DNA of 54,420 nt. Source: Podarcis muralis. Its lineage: Eukaryota. Location: the NCBI RefSeq assembly GCF_964188315.1, contig NC_135655.1, positions 66,278,001 through 66,332,420 of the forward strand, read 5' to 3'. The translations under genes and the position numbers were made by a program. The notes under the pieces are model-generated. The model saw only the letters and a list, made by a program, of their open reading frames with translations, ran no database searches and was not told where the DNA came from. Shown here piece after piece: positions 22,863 through 34,685 of the stretch (within the stretch, counting starts at the first letter, position 1; each line of letters starts with the position of its first letter).

Positions 22863-22974
22863 GAACTAGGAATAAAGCAACCTCTGCACAGGAAGAAATT
22901 GGTTTTGGCTGTTAAAGCTATCAATACAAAACAAGATGATAAGTCCGCTCAGCTAGATCATATCTGGGTGACTC
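22863..22974 (+). CDS. PPFIBP2: Liprin-beta-2 SAM1 end exon (ELGIKQPLHRKKLVLAVKAINTKQDDKSAQLDHIWVT)
   Basis: Canonical splice sites, 112 nt, phase 0-1. Confidence 0.97.
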
Positions 22975-23418
22975 GTAAGTATTTTAAGTGGTAAAAATGA
23001 AATGAAAGAGCTGCTGGTGAGCTTTTTCACCCACTTTGCAAAATCTGTTTTGGTTTAGTTTCAGGGTGAAGGGAGGCGGGGATGAAAAACTCATATTTCA
23101 TCTTCAAAAACTTTCAGTATACTATTATCAGGGTACAGGGACTCAGAATTGGAGTTTTGTTTTTCATTTTATCAGTAAACTCCAGGAATAGTCACATTAG
23201 GGTTATATGGCTTTGTAACACCTGTTAACAGTATTAATGTCAGTCTTCATATTTAAGTAGCTGTTGTAATTGCAAAACTTGAAAAGATGAGCATATATGG
23301 TGAGAAATAGAACTCAGAGGTTATAGAAGTGGCAGGAAAGGTACCATTTATTCTCTAAATAAAAAAGACCTTTAGAAAAGATTTTTATATTGTATCGTGG
23401 ACTCTGTGTGTTCTGTAG

Positions 23419-23507
23419 GATGGCTTGATGATATTGGCTTACCTCAATATAAAGATCAGTTTCACGAATCGAGAGTTGATGGCAGGATGCTGCAATATTT
23501 AACTGTG
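23419..23507 (+). CDS. PPFIBP2: Liprin-beta-2 SAM2 exon (RWLDDIGLPQYKDQFHESRVDGRMLQYLTV)
   Basis: Canonical splice sites, 89 nt, phase 1-0; WLDDIGLPQYK is the liprin SAM2 hallmark. Confidence 0.97.
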
Positions 23508-24506
23508 GTAAGAAGCCTTGACCTTTCATAATTTGTGCATAGAAAGAGCCTTTTCTTCTGCTCAAATAAAAGTTGGGGAGGGGGAGAATTCTCACACTGG
23601 AATTAGTTTTACATTTGGATTTTAAGAAATTGTGTTCCTAATTTGTTTTTAAATGTATAAAGTCTAATTTCAAAATCATAAAACATAACACTTCTGTAAG
23701 AATGTGTAGGCCATGATTTGCCCTCAAGGAACTTTGTGAAGAAGTTGTCTTTTCAGACCCTTTCCAGACAAATAGTGTCTGGAATACAGGAGACTGAAAA
23801 GCTTGGGAAGGACTGAGATGCAGCAAGTCCAGGCCCTCAACATCTTAAAATGGGGCTGTGTCCTACTGGTCACTTGCATACTGAGGCACTGTACCAAATC
23901 AAAAAGAACCCCCCTAGATAATCTTGGAGAGAAACAGTCGGTGGGCAAAATCAGGGAACCTCTAAGTGAGTGGTGTGCCCCTTTCCCTGAGTTACTGGAA
24001 GGGGCTCTGTAGGTTTTGGCAACCATAAAAGTCAAGGCAGCAATCTGGTTCATATCGTGTGCCCCAACCAAAACACAGGTTTCAGTTGAGCCGTATTCAG
24101 GATCTTTGAAGGAGGTGGTGAAGGGTGAACATGCTTGTTCCACCCCCATTCCTACTCGTGAGTTGGAGGGTGACTGTTTGAAGCAAGGAAGCCTCTTGTA
24201 CTTGTGGAAGCTTCTGTGTGGTGGATAACCAAGAAAAATCTGAGTCACATGGAGAATCTGCACAAGCAGAAGTGGGCTCCTTTCTTCAGATGGTTGCCCT
24301 CCAACTCGAAGAAAGTATGAGATGGAGGAAGACTATTCAATCCCCTCAGCTCGACCCTTGTGTGTTGCTTTTCCCAGTTCCTGAATGCCTTAAGAAGACA
24401 ACTAGAACAGACCACGTGGGTTGGATCTCAAGTTCTGATCTGCTCAGCTCATTGCAGAATAAACTGTTGCTTGTTGACATGGCTTGCCGCTTGTGTTCTC
24501 TTGCAG

Positions 24507-24629
24507 AATGACCTCCTTTTCCTCAAAGTCACAAGCCAGTTGCATCATCTCAGCATTAAGTGTGCCATTCACGTGCTCCATGTGAACGGTTTCAACCCTC
24601 ACTGCCTACGGAGGCGACCGGCGGATGAG
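24507..24629 (+). CDS. PPFIBP2: Liprin-beta-2 SAM2 end exon (NDLLFLKVTSQLHHLSIKCAIHVLHVNGFNPHCLRRRPADE)
   Basis: Canonical splice sites, 123 nt, phase 0-0. Confidence 0.97.
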
Positions 24630-25951
24630 GTGAGAAAGAAATTGTCCCTGTTACCATGGATTTCCTTCCTAGAATAAACCTTGTTTATCCACCCTCTCTC
24701 TGCTCCCACCTCCTAAAAAAAGAAGAGGAGCAGGTTCTCTTCTGGGGTGAAATATGTGTCGAACTTTGCAGATCCGTACCAAGCCAGAAATAATTTGGTG
24801 AGAGTGTTGTATGGGAGGAAAGACAAAGTGCTGCATTTATTGAATGCACTTCGGAAGACCTTTAGTGCATGTTCACATGAAAACACGCCTTGGCAGACTT
24901 GTACATTAACACATACTCTGCAGAGGTATATTACTAGGGACAGTTGTCTGACTGCTAGATGACCAGCCTAGGAGTTCAACATGAGAAGGAAGCAGTGTTG
25001 TGCTACCCAGATAGATGCAGAGCTCTTGCCCCAACAGATGCTGCCTCCTGCCCCAGATTTTGCACTCTTTCCCCCAACTATCAGGAGATAAATTTATCTT
25101 CACACTTTTTGTTATCTGGACCACAGGCTGTCACCAAGGGGTCACAGAGACATTCGCCTTCTAACGCCAGTGTCTGAGCATGTGTGCTGATTCTGAGGGA
25201 CAGAGGATAAAGGGCCTGAGGGCTAGTTCTTGATAGTTCTCAGGAGATTAGGCATCTCAGGCTTGGTTGTGTGTGTTCAGCCACTTTTGTTTTGCAGCGT
25301 TGGCATGCTGAGCTTGTGACTAAGCTGGCAGTGCCTGTTGTTTCTTTCCTGGCAGCAGAGAGTCCTCTTCTAAGCTAAGCATTCATTACTCACTCCCATC
25401 ATTTGCAATTCATTCCTATGACATAGTGGGCCCAGTGGCTTTTCTTTGATAATTGTAGAAATGTAAGGGCAGTTTGTAAAGAAAATGCATCTAATGGGAT
25501 GCGCCCACCCCCTTCTATCCTTGGGTGCCCCTGCCCACCCACATTGGCTTGGGGGTGTCAGGAGAACTCCCAAAAACAGCATGCAGGGGGAGGAGAGTGA
25601 AGAATGTTGACCTGATGGAATGGTCACCTTATTGCAGTGCTGAATTCCTCCTGTATAGTTTGTACTTAGAAGCTTGGCTGGAGGCATTGAAGGCCCTTTT
25701 AAAGAAAGGCTATAATGAGTACACACCTCATTTAACTTACTGAAATGCATTAACTCAGCAACACTGCAGTACTGAGCAAAACTCAGCAACACTGCAGGTC
25801 TGGGGAGTGGGAATTATTGGCTGCAAAGGAGGAATTGTTTTAACAGCTGTTTTCAAACAAACAGATAGAAATAGTAAATGGACTTGTCGTTTCTGTATCT
25901 TAAGTATGTGCATGTATGTGTCTTAACTATGTGCATCTTTTCTCAACACAG

Positions 25952-26077
25952 AATAACATTTCGCCTTCCGAAGTAGTTCAGTGGTCCAATCACAGAGTAA
26001 TGGAATGGCTCAGATCAGTAGATCTGGCAGAATATGCACCGAACCTTCGAGGAAGTGGAGTTCATGGTGGCCTTATT
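25952..26077 (+). CDS. PPFIBP2: Liprin-beta-2 SAM3 exon (NNISPSEVVQWSNHRVMEWLRSVDLAEYAPNLRGSGVHGGLI)
   Basis: Canonical splice sites, 126 nt, phase 0-0; WSNHRVMEWLRSVDLAEYAPNLRGSGVHG hallmark. Confidence 0.97.
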
Positions 26078-26964
26078 GTAAGAAACCAGATCTTGCCTTT
26101 TGCTTCCTATATATGTCTAAAAATCGGTTTTCCTAAGCATTTTTTGTACTATATGCTGTGAGCTGAACAAACTGAGAGTGTTGTTTGTTGTGGCAGGAAA
26201 TGTATTCATTGATTAGTTTTAAGCCATTTGACAACATATAAATTACATTTTATAAACCTGTGGTAGCTAAGAAGCTAGTTCCCCACTCTTTTGTCATTTA
26301 AGATGTGGATCTGTGAAGCTGAAATTAGAGAGCGGAAATTACTTTCAAATCAGCAATTGATAAAGTGTCAGCTGAACCTCTCAATGGATGGGTGCTGTAA
26401 CAGGTGCATGCTGGACAGGACAAATTGTTTTTCAATACAGAACATCCTTCGCAACATTGCAAGAGTCAGATGGCTTAGATTGAAGATCAGCAATTGGGGG
26501 GGATTAAAAGTAATGATGCTCTTGACAGCAGGTCATATGGGGAATATTTTTGGATTCTTAGCTGTCTAAGGCAAAATAAGCACTACTATATTCTTTGCTA
26601 GTGCACTGATTTCTAAAAGACAGCTCATGAAGCCATCACAGTACTCAAGGTATACTCAACTATATTGAGTTTATTTGCTATGGCTGATGAGAAAAACAGC
26701 CCATTGGGTATGTTTGCTTTGACCTGGAGATCCATATATGTTAAAATGCGTGCTCTGGCTTGCACAATTATTTCATCATTTCAATGAGGTGGTAAATCTC
26801 CGTGTGAAATTGGAAGAGCACAACATTCTCCCGCCTCTGTTGGAATAAATTAGAAGGGATAATTACAGACACCAAGCTCTGTAATTTCCCAGAATGCCCT
26901 GCTCTTTCCTCATCATGCAGATCCCTTTCTAAACTCTGCCTTGTCATCATTATCATAATAATGT

Positions 26965-27195
26965 TATTATTTGTAGCCTGCCCATCTGGGTGGGTTTCCC
27001 CAGCCACTCTGGGAGGCTTCCAACAAAAATAAAACGTCAAACATTAAAAGCTCCCCTATATAGACTGCCTTTGGATGTCTTCTAAAAGTTGTGTCGTTCT
27101 TTATCTCCTTGACATCTGGTGGGAGGGCATTCCACAGGGAGGGCACCACTACCAAGAAGGCCCTCTGCCTTGTTCCCTGTAACCTCACTTCTTGC
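26965..27195 (-). mobile_element. L2 LINE 3' fragment (ORF2 C-terminus plus tail)
   Basis: Minus-strand peptide TRQRAFLVVVPSLWNALP...TFRRHPK is the typical L2 C-terminus. Confidence 0.8.
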
Positions 27196-28113
27196 CTTGA
27201 TGCCTGTAGAGCAGAGCTAGCCAACACGATGCTCTCTCGATGTTGCATTGGCCATGCTGACTGGGGCTGATCAGAGTTGGAGTCTAGCAACATCAGGAGG
27301 TCACAGATTGCCCACTTCCGATCCAGAGCTTTGCAGTCCAACAACATATGGAGAGATTAGAATGGAGGAGCTAAGTCATTCTTACTTAAGTGTGTGTGTA
27401 CACATATTCATCTCTTTTTCCTCTGCCTTTCCCTTCCTTTTCTTCTGCATAGTTTCGCTACATTTAGATTATAAGATCCATGAGGTCCAATGCCCTTGCT
27501 TTTTCTTTGATTTTCTCCAAAGAATATCTTTACCTGGATGGTATGAGCAGAATTCTACTTGTGAGGTGCTCTTTCTGGTGGACGTGGAGAATATGATTTC
27601 CAATGTCCAATGCAGCCCCCTCTGTGCACCCTGCATCCCCAAAGTGCTCTGGAGGGCCTTCCAGAACTGTGTGGGAATGGGGCAAAGAACTGCAAACTTC
27701 ATCTACCCCCACCTCCTTCCATGATTATGATCAGGTTCCCTTCCATTCACAGAAAGGCAACTCAGGATCCAGGCAAATATTATGAACATACCGTGGTCAC
27801 GTGGAAATGTATTGTGCATACTAACCTGTAGATCAGGAACTGCAGGCTCTGTGCATGGTTGTGCCTTTAATCACCCTATACAGAGTCTTAAACTGGTGCT
27901 ACTGAAAATCGCAAATGAATGTTCTGTTAATTTTATACAGCTGATGGCTGCAAACAAATGAAGAGCTGCTGCTTTCTCTCTGCAATGCCAGGAAGCATTC
28001 TAAATGCTGCAGAGAAGGGTTGAAGCGCTCAGATAATTCAAAGCAGCCTTCTGAGTGCTCAGTTGCTTAGGGGGCATGTATAAATGCAGCATGTGTGTTA
28101 TTTTTCCTGACAG

Positions 28114-28302
28114 ATCCTTGAACCTCGTTTTAATGGTGATGCTCTGGCAATGCTTCTCAACATTCCACCTCAAAAAACGCTGCTAAGGCGCCACTTAACC
28201 ACTAATTTCAACGTGCTAATTGGACCAGAGGCACAGCAAGAAAAAAGAGAAATATTGGAATCTACAGCTTATGCGCCTCTGACTACCACTGCGAAAGTCC
28301 GG
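28114..28302 (+). CDS. PPFIBP2: Liprin-beta-2 SAM3 end exon (ILEPRFNGDALAMLLNIPPQKTLLRRHL...PLTTTAKVR)
   Basis: Canonical splice sites, 189 nt, phase 0-0. Confidence 0.97.
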
Positions 28303-28993
28303 GTAGGCCACATAGGAAAACAATAGCAACCACAACCACAGGGTTGTATTAAATGGAGTGTTAAACAGAATATCAGTGCAAGGATATTTCTTTGTGCAAC
28401 AAAATATTCTCTGCCCCCTAAATCTGTCCTGGGTAAAGTTTTAGCCCAAGACACAGTCAGTTGCTTTCCTTTTATTAGGTTGTTCATGGTTTGCTTGTTG
28501 CAGTGTATACATGTTTTTAATCATTATAACATAAAAATGATGAATAAATATATATATATATTCTTTAAAAATCTGTTCTGGGTTCCCCCCTAACCTTCCA
28601 GAGCAGATTTGGTGATGGCACAGACTGTGTATGGAAGTGGGGAAGAATTCCCTTGTGCTGGCACTAATCCTTGGTGGGAAGCACAAAAACTTGCCCCCAG
28701 TTTCCTACTTTGCAAATTTGCAAGCCAGTCTTTGGAAGAGTTGAGTTGTTGTGAGTGTTCTTAATTTCTCAGCAGCAGATTATATATCTGTACACCACAG
28801 CCTATTTTAGCAACTGTTATGGCTTACCCCAAAGAATCCTGTTAAGTCTGACTTGGTGAGGAAGCTGGCAATTCTTTTAAGTCTGTAGTACGTATACAGC
28901 CACGAGACTGAAGTGCATAGCTCATGGCTTTCACACGTTGATGCATGTGTTAAGACCTGTCGGTTGTTGGATACAATATCAGTACCTCTTGTG

Positions 28994-28995
<2 letters not shown>

Positions 28996-29040
<45 letters not shown>
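28996..29040. repeat. (TAA)15 microsatellite
   Basis: Read directly from the sequence. Confidence 0.98.
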
Positions 29041-29043
<3 letters not shown>

Positions 29044-29430
29044 GTTTATCTGCTGAATCTTTTAATTAAGATTGCAAACCTATAGTAATAATACATATTT
29101 AGTTACAAATATTTTGCAGAAAGCAGCACACTCCCTTATTATGCTGAAGCTTGCTTGCTTTTTTAGAAGTCATGGGGAAGCAGTTGTTCAGGGAAGTAGC
29201 CCTTAGCATGCATTGATCCAAGACCACCCACCTATGAGGTAAAGTGAGTTGACTGCCTCAGGCAGCAGGATTCACTGGGGCAGGAGATCCCAATGTCAAT
29301 CTTTCTCTCCCCTCCTTTCCCCAGGCTTCCCTGGTGTGGAGGGTGGCATCACTTTGGGGTCTGCCTCAGGTGACAAAATGCCTTGGACTGGGCCCTGCAT
29401 TCTATGTTTCTCTGAAATGAGGAGTGTATG

Positions 29431-29556
29431 CAGGGATGGGGAATCTTTGGCCCTCCAGAGATGGTGATGGACTCCCATTTCTTATCAGCCCAGCAGTCAG
29501 GGTGTTGGGAGCTGGAGCTCAAAGTGTTCTGGAGGACTACAGGTTCCCCATCCCTA
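29431..29556. mobile_element. hAT-type MITE
   Basis: TIRs cagggatggggaa..ggccctccag / ctggaggactacaggttccccatccct. Confidence 0.7.
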
Positions 29557-29674
29557 GTTTAATGGCACAAATCTGGGCCAGCAAACACACAGACGGAGCA
29601 TCCTTCACAGCTCTGTATTAAGTATTGCCTTGACCTGAAACAGCTTCAATTAATTGAAGCAGCAATTCCTAATA

Positions 29675-29909
29675 CAGTCGTACCTCAGAAGTCAAATGGA
29701 ATCCGTTCCGGAAGTCTGTTCGACTTCCAAAACGTTTGGAAACCAAGGCACAGCTTCCAGTTGATGAAGGAAGCTCTTGCAGCCAATCAGAACCCACGTC
29801 GGACATTCGGGTTCCAAAGAATATTTGCAAACTGGAACACTCACTGTTCACGGCGTTTGGGAGCCAAAACGTTCAAGTCACAAGGCGTTCGACTTCCGAG
29901 GTATGACTG
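29675..29909. mobile_element. Tigger/pogo-type MITE with TA TSD
   Basis: TA-cagtcgtacctcagaagtc ... gacttccgaggtatgactg-TA. Confidence 0.88.
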
Positions 29910-30028
29910 TACTATACTGTCCCGTGGTCTTTGGATGAAGGATGATGATGATGATTACTAGTACTACGTTTCTCTGATGTTGTACTCTTCCTCCCCCTTC
30001 ACCCCACCCTGCTTCTCATTCTCATTAG

Positions 30029-30226
30029 CCAAAGAAACTTGGATTTTCACATTTTGGAAACTTGCGAAAAAAGAAATTTGACGAATCTACGGATTACATT
30101 TGCCCTATGGATACCAGCCCAAGTACCACCAATGGTACTCAGAGAAGCTACGGCGCCTACAAAGTGCATAATGCCCTCCCTGACAAAGAATTAGACAAAC
30201 TGGATCAGGTGGGCCAGGCGGACTGA
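30029..30226 (+). CDS. PPFIBP2: Composite exon (PKKLGFSHFGNLRKKKFDESTDYICPM...LDKLDQ): reads through to VGQAD-stop (short form) or splices at 30208 (long form)
   Basis: ctcattag acceptor; TGA at 30224-30226; internal CAG|GTGGGC donor after 30208 in phase 0; the ending parallels human LDQVGQIS. Confidence 0.93.
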   Translation, partial: PKKLGFSHFGNLRKKKFDESTDYICPMDTSPSTTNGTQRSYGAYKVHNALPDKELDKLDQVGQAD

Positions 30227-30801
30227 TGTCACTCACCTTCCATCCTCTTCATGCATTCCAAAGCTTACAAATAACCTTTTGTTTCGATTTAACCTAAAAT
30301 GCATAATGCATCTGCATGGATTTAATGAATGTATTGGGATGAGGCTTGAAGAATCTGATACTTAAAATGCCATCTGAATTATTTTCCATTTGCAACCACT
30401 GCGTCATCCTACTCACCTTCTCAAGCCCTTTTTCAGGAATGCAAAAAGCTTTACACAACAGTCGTAGTTGAAGTCCAGGCAGCCCAAAGCCCCAATCCAG
30501 CAAGGGTGCTGGGCATGCTGCTGCAGGGCCATATGTTTATACATATATATATATATTCCGTAAGCGCTACCCAGAGATATTTTTAACTTTTTATATTAGC
30601 TTTATATTGTAAGCAGTTGTAAAGATGTGTCTATTTTATTCCGAATAGTACAACTGGATTGTATATTTTTAATAAGACATGCTTATTTCATCTGTGCAGT
30701 GTCTGCACCACACTGAATGTACATGATATGTTATTAAAGGAGCTAACGATATATCTATAAAAAAAGAAGAAGAATGAACAAACAACTTTATCGAACAAAA
30801 C

Positions 30802-30807
30802 AATAAA
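30802..30807 (+). terminator. Candidate poly(A) signal for the short PPFIBP2 form
   Basis: AATAAA about 575 nt after the TGA, with ATTAAA at 30733; lies within the intron of the long form. Confidence 0.5.
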
Positions 30808-31274
30808 AGTAACGCATTTGGGGGGAAATGTCCCAACTTCTCACGTTGTGATTATTGTGACGGAATCATGCTTAAAACTTAGAAGAGTTTTTGAAGAGGT
30901 TATCCAAATTGCCGCCCTATATTGGTAATACTGAGAAGTGTGTGTAAAGTAATTTTTTAAAACCTGAAAAATGGAGCAGCTGGAGCTTGAGCTTTCTGCA
31001 AAGTACAACAGTCCGATGCAACTTCCGTGGATTCTGGTTTCCAAGTCAGAAACAGAATCAAAAAAATGGTAGTAGATCGAAAAGACTAATTGTCGAAAGT
31101 TGGTTTTTTTAATTATTATTTTTTTATATGCATGATTCATTACATCTAACACATTTCATTATTCCGTCATTTAAAATGTAATTTATTATTTTGTTTTATC
31201 TAATGCAAGCAATTTTATCATTATCCATTTGTCCTACAATCCTAGGCAGCCTTAGAACCGGTAGGAAGAAGATG

Positions 31275-31423
31275 TGCATGTAATCAGAACTGTTTTGTGT
31301 GCTTTCATCTCTTAGCTGTCCCCCCCCCCCCCCCACAATTTTGCTTCCCAGCCAAGCTTCTTAAAAAGCTTACAATTAAAATAACACACCCGGCAAACAA
31401 TACCTCCCACTTCTCCTTAGCTT
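31275..31423 (+). repeat. Unclassified interspersed repeat, copy 1 (copy 2 at 43875-44007)
   Basis: Shared blocks tgcatgtaat.agaactgttttgtgtgctttcatctc, cttcccagccaagct.cttaaaaagcttaca and caaacaatacct.ccactt..ccttagctt. Confidence 0.8.
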
Positions 31424-31440
31424 CAGGCTAAGGACAGGAC

Positions 31441-31612
31441 TTTGAAATACAGCAGTGAAATACTATACTTATTTTGCACTGGGTTATTTATACATGATCA
31501 TCTTTGCATCTCCTAAGCAGGAGCCAATCAACTAATGTTATTGTCATTTTCGTGTTCAGCATCTTGAAACCGGGTATTTCCCTTTGAGAGGTATTTTGTG
31601 CATTGTACAGTA
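31441..31612 (-). mobile_element. Short Chapaev derivative (5' terminus plus an internal block)
   Basis: Aligns to 45335-45406 joined to 45807-45922. Confidence 0.7.
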
Positions 31613-31887
31613 TTGTTGGTGGGCATTTGCTCTGCAGATGTGTTGCTGAGTAACATACGTGTGCTGTACCTTAATATTTTCTTTCTTTTTAAAAAAATAT
31701 TATTGGTTTTCAAAGTGTCAGTGGTTCCTTGCATTCACAAGAGATCTGTTGCGCAAATGAAGGCTCCCCTGCATTTGGGTGGAAGCACAGCATATGCAAA
31801 GGCAGGTGTGAAGAGAGTGGCATCAAACACATGGAATTGTTGATTAAAGAAACAAATTTGGTTGGATTCCACCAGTCGTCATCCCCC

Positions 31888-31890
<3 letters not shown>

Positions 31891-31927
<37 letters not shown>
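31891..31927. repeat. (AC)18 microsatellite
   Basis: Read directly from the sequence. Confidence 0.98.
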
Positions 31928-31929
<2 letters not shown>

Positions 31930-32815
31930 TAGATACAACATACATACATATACACAGTATGCAGGTTTTGCAAATCACATTTTTAAGGTTTGGGCTCTTT
32001 GTTATAATAATCAGGCAAGCTTGAATTTGCAGGTGAAGAGGCTGTCTGCCGTAAACTGAGAGCAACTGTGAATTAGAGGGCTGTACGTGTGTAAGGCAAG
32101 GAAAAGTTGCAAAGCCTAATACAGACTTGCTGGTAATTTGAGTTTCTAATAGCTTAAATTTACAGGCAGTAGTGGAGGGGGAATCATTCTAATTTTAAAA
32201 ATGAACGTGCCAAAATGATGGATCTCAATATGAAGTATATAGACAGGTTTGTGAAATCACTGACATCACTGAATACGTTCAAAGCACGAACAAGCTTCCC
32301 CCCCCCCCCCCATTATGATGGCAGCATGCTGAATAGTTGAACCTGCATGTATGCATCTTGAAATGCTCTTGACTGCTGGAAAACCGCTTTTGTTCTGAAA
32401 ATGTAGAATGGCACCCAAATTATGAATAAGGCTTTATTCATTATTATAAGGATTTATAAGGATTTTTTCTTCTTAAGTTATTGCAAAATGAATTGCCTCA
32501 AATTTAATATTTTTGGCCCTGCTATCCTATTAACAGACTATATTCAATGGAAAGGTGTCAATTACTCTGAGTATGGCTAATGTGCAGTTTAGAAATAGTT
32601 CAAATGCTCAAATTCTAATGCTTTTTAAAAAATGAAATTTAAAGTCTGACAAGAATGACATTCAGAAAAATGACTCTGAAGATAGTAATATAATTAAACC
32701 TATTTTTTTCTGAAGATAAAAGCACCTCTTGTATATGCACAATGGTTCAGAAAATATAAAGCATGTAGTGTTTGAATTAGCTGTTTTAATTTCACCAAGC
32801 TGAATGGTTTTACAG

Positions 32816-32881
32816 ATGGAACATTCAGAAGGAACAGTAATGCAAATAGGGGAACTTTCTCAAGGAATAAACAACCTCACA
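32816..32881 (+). CDS. PPFIBP2: Long-form exon (MEHSEGTVMQIGELSQGINNLT)
   Basis: ttttacag acceptor, ACA|GTAAGT donor, 66 nt, phase 0-0; matches liprin-beta-1 MEDSEGTVRQIGAFSEGINNLT. Confidence 0.88.
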
Positions 32882-33688
32882 GTAAGTACTAATTTATCAT
32901 TCATAACCTCATCGTATGCGCTAATTCAAAACTGAGATGAGGTGTATTGATATGTTAATTACTCATCTTCATTTATATTCATTTATAGTTAAAACTCCTA
33001 TAAGTAAGACTATATTATGGAATTCAATTAAAAACACAAATTTGACCTAAGTAAATTTACATTTTAAGGACTGGAATGGAAATATTTATATCTTTGTAGA
33101 TTGCATGTGAAACGAATTTATCTTTCCTAATGACTTAAGCAAATTTTCAGTCGTATGAGAAGAGAACTTTAGGTTATTACATGCATTTTGCAAAACAAGT
33201 CAAATGCAGAAAGGGATTATCTGAGTGTTTAATCCATGCCACAATTGCCTTTTGATCCCAGTCTGCATTGCGACATTTGCTGAACTAGCTTTCCAAGGCT
33301 ATTAGTTATGTACAAATTCCAGTAAAGGATATGAGCTACTGCTTTATTTGTTGCGCAGTTACATCTATTTCTCCATACACCTGACATTCTCAAAAGTCAA
33401 AGTCTTGTTGCTTATACTATGCATGACCTTAATTCCACACACTATAAACACTATAAATTTCAGGGATTAAATTTGCCTGAAAGCAAATGAAATAGCTAAG
33501 TAAATTACTTGTGTGCAACTAGCTTCTACTGTTTCCAATTAGGTTAGTAAACTGGATGTTATATATAATAATTATCTTGAATAAGCTGTTCATAACTTAT
33601 GCCTATGTAAATCTCCGCTAAATCTGTAGAGGACCTAATCACTTACATCTGTGATTTATGAACTCTACTATGGTTTGTTTTTTTCCAG

Positions 33689-33757
33689 ACTATGTTAAGC
33701 CAAGATCAGTTGCTGAATGATGATAGATTTTTAACAACAACGTTTGAGGACTGGTGA
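33689..33757 (+). CDS. PPFIBP2: Long-form terminal coding exon (TMLSQDQLLNDDRFLTTTFEDW-stop)
   Basis: ttttttccag acceptor, phase 0, TGA at 33755-33757; similar to the liprin-beta C-terminal MLxxD motif. Confidence 0.85.
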   Translation, partial: TMLSQDQLLNDDRFLTTTFEDW

Positions 33758-34559
33758 TGAAGATTCCATGTGACCAACACCGCTCTTAATACCTCAGTTG
33801 TATTAGGGGATATGACTGGTCCAGGCTGGGTGCTCTGTTTAAAAATATGCCACTGAAATGTGTGAAACCTTTTTAAGTGCTGTTTTTCACATCTCCCACC
33901 CCAACAGCAATGAAAACCCTAAGGTCCAGGTACTTAATACATGCAGTCAAAGAACCTATGCAACATTTTTAGAAGTAGTAAAATTAAGAATATGTAAATA
34001 TATTTTAAAGCACAGTGAGCCATTTACTAGTCAGTGATCCATTTTCTATATTTTGTACTTGCTCATGGTGCATATTATTGGAATCATGTTAGTTTTCTAA
34101 GGTATCACCCCTTATGAATGGTTAGTACAACCAACACCATGTTTTTCTTCCAGTCTGGTATAACGATCCCCTGATATGATAAACATGCTAATTATTTACT
34201 TGACCACTTACACTAAAGCTGTATCTAATGTGTCTCCTGTTGGACACTAACACTCCCACCCTTTAAAGACTATTCCAGTCCAGTATACAGTTTTCCTCTC
34301 TCCCTCACAACTTGTGTTCTGCATTGTACATGAGGTCTGCAATAAGAAAATGTATTATCCTTTACTTCATAAGGCCAAGTAGTGAAGTAGTACCCCACTG
34401 GCACGATTATTTCTTTCTGTGACATTCTCCCTTACCAGCATCTCTCACATTGGATGAGCTAAAAAAAAAAAAATCTCTGCTCAAGATGCAATGAAAATAT
34501 TCATTTACCTTAATACTGCATTTCTTAAATGCTGCAGTTTCACTCTTGCAGTATGCTTA

Positions 34560-34685
34560 AAAGGTAAAGGTACCCCTGCCCGTACGGGCCAGTCGTGTCC
34601 GACTCTAGGGTTGTGCGCTCATCTCACTTAAGAGGCCGGGAGCCAGCGCTGTCTGCAGACACTTCCGGGTCACGTGGCCAGCGTA
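34560..34685 (-). mobile_element. 5'-truncated Sauria SINE with 13-bp TSD
   Basis: About 5 differences from the 3' end of the 21487 copy; TGCAGTATGCTTA at 34547-34559 and 34686-34698. Confidence 0.92.

Noticed and set aside
34461-34473. A13 run as a retrocopy poly(A) tail or transcript end
   Set aside because: No upstream AATAAA, TSD or recognisable retrocopy; more relevant as an oligo-dT internal priming artefact.
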